Below are positions 30,202 to 32,000 of a stretch of DNA of 32,000 bases, piece after piece (position 1 is the stretch's first letter; each line of letters starts with the position of its first letter). A program made the position numbers and the translations under genes. Below the pieces are notes generated by a model that made no database searches, was not told the origin of the DNA, and saw only the letters and a list, made by a program, of their open reading frames with translations. Source of the DNA: Aliivibrio fischeri ES114 (GTDB lineage: Bacteria > Pseudomonadota > Gammaproteobacteria > Enterobacterales > Vibrionaceae); NCBI RefSeq assembly GCF_000011805.1, contig NC_006840.2. One strand, written 5' to 3'.

Positions 30202-32000
30202 GTGAAGTTCATAAAGGCACTACTAATAGTTACATTGGTTTGCATAATTCTTGGGGTCACAACAATTTTTGGTTTCTACCAATATGTGAAGCCAGAATTA
30301 CCAGATGTGGCAACATTAAAAGATGTTCAACTGCAAACACCAATGCAGGTATATAGCCGCGATGGTAAGTTAATCGCACAGTTTGGTGAAAAGCGCCGTA
30401 TTCCATTAAAACTGGAAGAAATGCCGCCTCATCTACTTGAAGCCGTCATTGCCACAGAAGATAGCCGCTTTTATAGCCACTATGGTTTTGATCCTATCGG
30501 TATCACTCGTGCCGCCTTTGCTGTATTAGCTTCTGGCTCTGCAAAGCAAGGGGCGAGTACCATTACCCAACAACTTGCGCGTAACTTCTTTTTATCTAAT
30601 GAAAAGAAAATCATGCGTAAAATTAAAGAGATCTTCATTGCCGTTCACATTGAACAGCTATTAACAAAGCAAGAGATCTTAGAACTCTACTTAAATAAAA
30701 TTTACTTAGGTTATCGTTCTTATGGTGTTGGTGCTGCTGCTCATGTTTACTTTGGTAAAGAAGTGAGTCAACTGACCTTAGGTGAAGTTGCTATTATTGC
30801 AGGTTTACCAAAAGCCCCATCAACAATGAACCCAATTTATTCTGTTGATCGTGCAACAACACGTCGTAATGTTGTTCTTGCTCGTATGCTTGATGAAGGC
30901 TACATAACAAAACAAGAATTTGATGATGCAAAGGCCGAGGTGGTTATCTCTAAATACCACGGTGCAGAAATCGAATTACAAGCACCCTATATTGCTGAAA
31001 TTGCTCGTGCTTGGATGGTAAACAAATACGGTGAAGAAGCGGCTTATACTTCGGGTATGAACATCTACACAACCGTAGATTCAAAAATGCAAGCGGCTGC
31101 TAATAAGGCATCAATTGATAACCTATTAGCTTATGACGAGCGTCATGGTTACCGTGGTGCGGTTAAAACCGTATGGGAACCAAAAGCGACACCTCTTGAT
31201 GAAGAAGCAATTACGAAGCACCTTAAAAACGAACCTTCATACGGTGAGTTAATGCCTGCTGTTGTTACTTCAATCAAAGGAAAAACAGCAACGGTTGATA
31301 TTAAAAATAATGGCGTCGCAACTATTCCTTGGGATGGTTTAAAGTGGGCTCGTCGCTTTAAAACAGACAAGCGTCAAGGACCTGCGCCACGTCGTGCTTC
31401 TGATATCTTAGCGGTTGGTGAACAAATTTATGTTCGTCCATTAAGCCAAGAAACCAAAGATGATGTAACAACAACCGTATGGAAGCTAAGCCAAGTACCT
31501 GCAGCGAACACAGCATTTGTTGCTATGGACCCAAGAGATGGTGCAATCACCTCTTTAGTTGGTGGTTTTAACTTTGTTCATAACAAGTTTAACCGTGCAA
31601 CTCAATCTGTTCGTCAGGTCGGTTCAAGTATCAAGCCATTCATTTATTCAGCGGCACTTTACCACGGTAAAACATTAGCTAGTTTAATCAACGATGCGCC
31701 AATTAATACATGGGATGAGAGTCAAGGTACAGCATGGAGACCTAAAAACTCACCACCAACTTATGTTGGCCCTGCTCGTTTACGCATTGGTTTAGCTCAA
31801 TCTAAAAACGTAATGGCGGTTCGTGTTTTACGTGATGTAGGTTTAGATGAAACTATCGATTACCTAACACGTTTTGGTTTTAAGAAAGATGAACTTCCAC
31901 GCTCTGAAACCATTGCTCTTGGAGCTGGTAGTTTAACACCAGTTCAAATGGCACAAGGCTTTGCTGTTTTTGCTAACAATGGTTACTACGTAGAACCTTA
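30202..32000 (+). CDS. mrcA: Penicillin-binding protein 1A (peptidoglycan glycosyltransferase/transpeptidase), truncated at the right edge
   Basis: GTG start MKFIKALLIVTLVCIILGVTT; IATEDSRFYSHYGFDPIGITRA, KQGASTITQQLARNFFL, and transpeptidase segment QVGSSIKPFIYSAAL. Divergent from pilM. Not in the ORF track because it is open at the edge. Confidence 0.96.
   Translation, partial: MKFIKALLIVTLVCIILGVTTIFGFYQYVKPELPDVATLKDVQLQTPMQVYSRDGKLIAQFGEKRRIPLKLEEMPPHLLEAVIATEDSRFYSHYGFDPIGITRAAFAVLASGSAKQGASTITQQLARNFFLSNEKKIMRKIKEIFIAVHIEQLLTKQEILELYLNKIYLGYRSYGVGAAAHVYFGKEVSQLTLGEVAIIAGLPKAPSTMNPIYSVDRATTRRNVVLARMLDEGYITKQEFDDAKAEVVISKYHGAEIELQAPYIAEIARAWMVNKYGEEAAYTSGMNIYTTVDSKMQAAANKASIDNLLAYDERHGYRGAVKTVWEPKATPLDEEAITKHLKNEPSYGELMPAVVTSIKGKTATVDIKNNGVATIPWDGLKWARRFKTDKRQGPAPRRASDILAVGEQIYVRPLSQETKDDVTTTVWKLSQVPAANTAFVAMDPRDGAITSLVGGFNFVHNKFNRATQSVRQVGSSIKPFIYSAALYHGKTLASLINDAPINTWDESQGTAWRPKNSPPTYVGPARLRIGLAQSKNVMAVRVLRDVGLDETIDYLTRFGFKKDELPRSETIALGAGSLTPVQMAQGFAVFANNGYYVEP

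Noticed and set aside
1-32000. Search for mobile elements, CRISPR arrays, toxin-antitoxin, phage or defence genes, tRNA/rRNA
   Set aside because: No transposase or integrase reading frame, no regularly spaced repeats and no recognisable RNA gene were seen; nearly all space is filled by housekeeping genes.

Overview
This window is an ordinary core-chromosome segment from a Vibrionaceae-type gammaproteobacterium. Protein sequences and gene order look Aliivibrio-like, which is inference. Left to right it contains: the 3' end of an alpha-amylase-type gene, lamB and malM (maltose cluster); a short malic enzyme (-); rpmE (-); priA, cytR, ftsN, hslV, hslU (+); an OsmC/YhfA-family gene (-) divergent from crp (+); a DUF1338 gene with astD, astA and argD/astC (-); pabA/trpG (-); the long minus-strand block pilM-N-O-P-Q, aroK, aroB, damX, dam, rpe, gph, trpS; and the 5' part of a PBP1A gene (mrcA/ponA, +) running off the right edge. 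I found no mobile element, CRISPR array, tRNA/rRNA, toxin-antitoxin or defence locus, and no convincing new multi-gene system. The most useful leads are small: a DUF1338 (VOC-like) gene inside an incomplete arginine succinyltransferase cluster; a CRP site plus MalT-box-like elements upstream of lamB; a perfect TGTGA-N6-TCACA site upstream of cytR; a sigma32-like promoter upstream of hslVU; mutually exclusive inverted repeats in the crp leader; and several strong hairpins. Several listed ORF starts appear too long or use the wrong initiator (priA, ftsN, hslV, astA, trpS).
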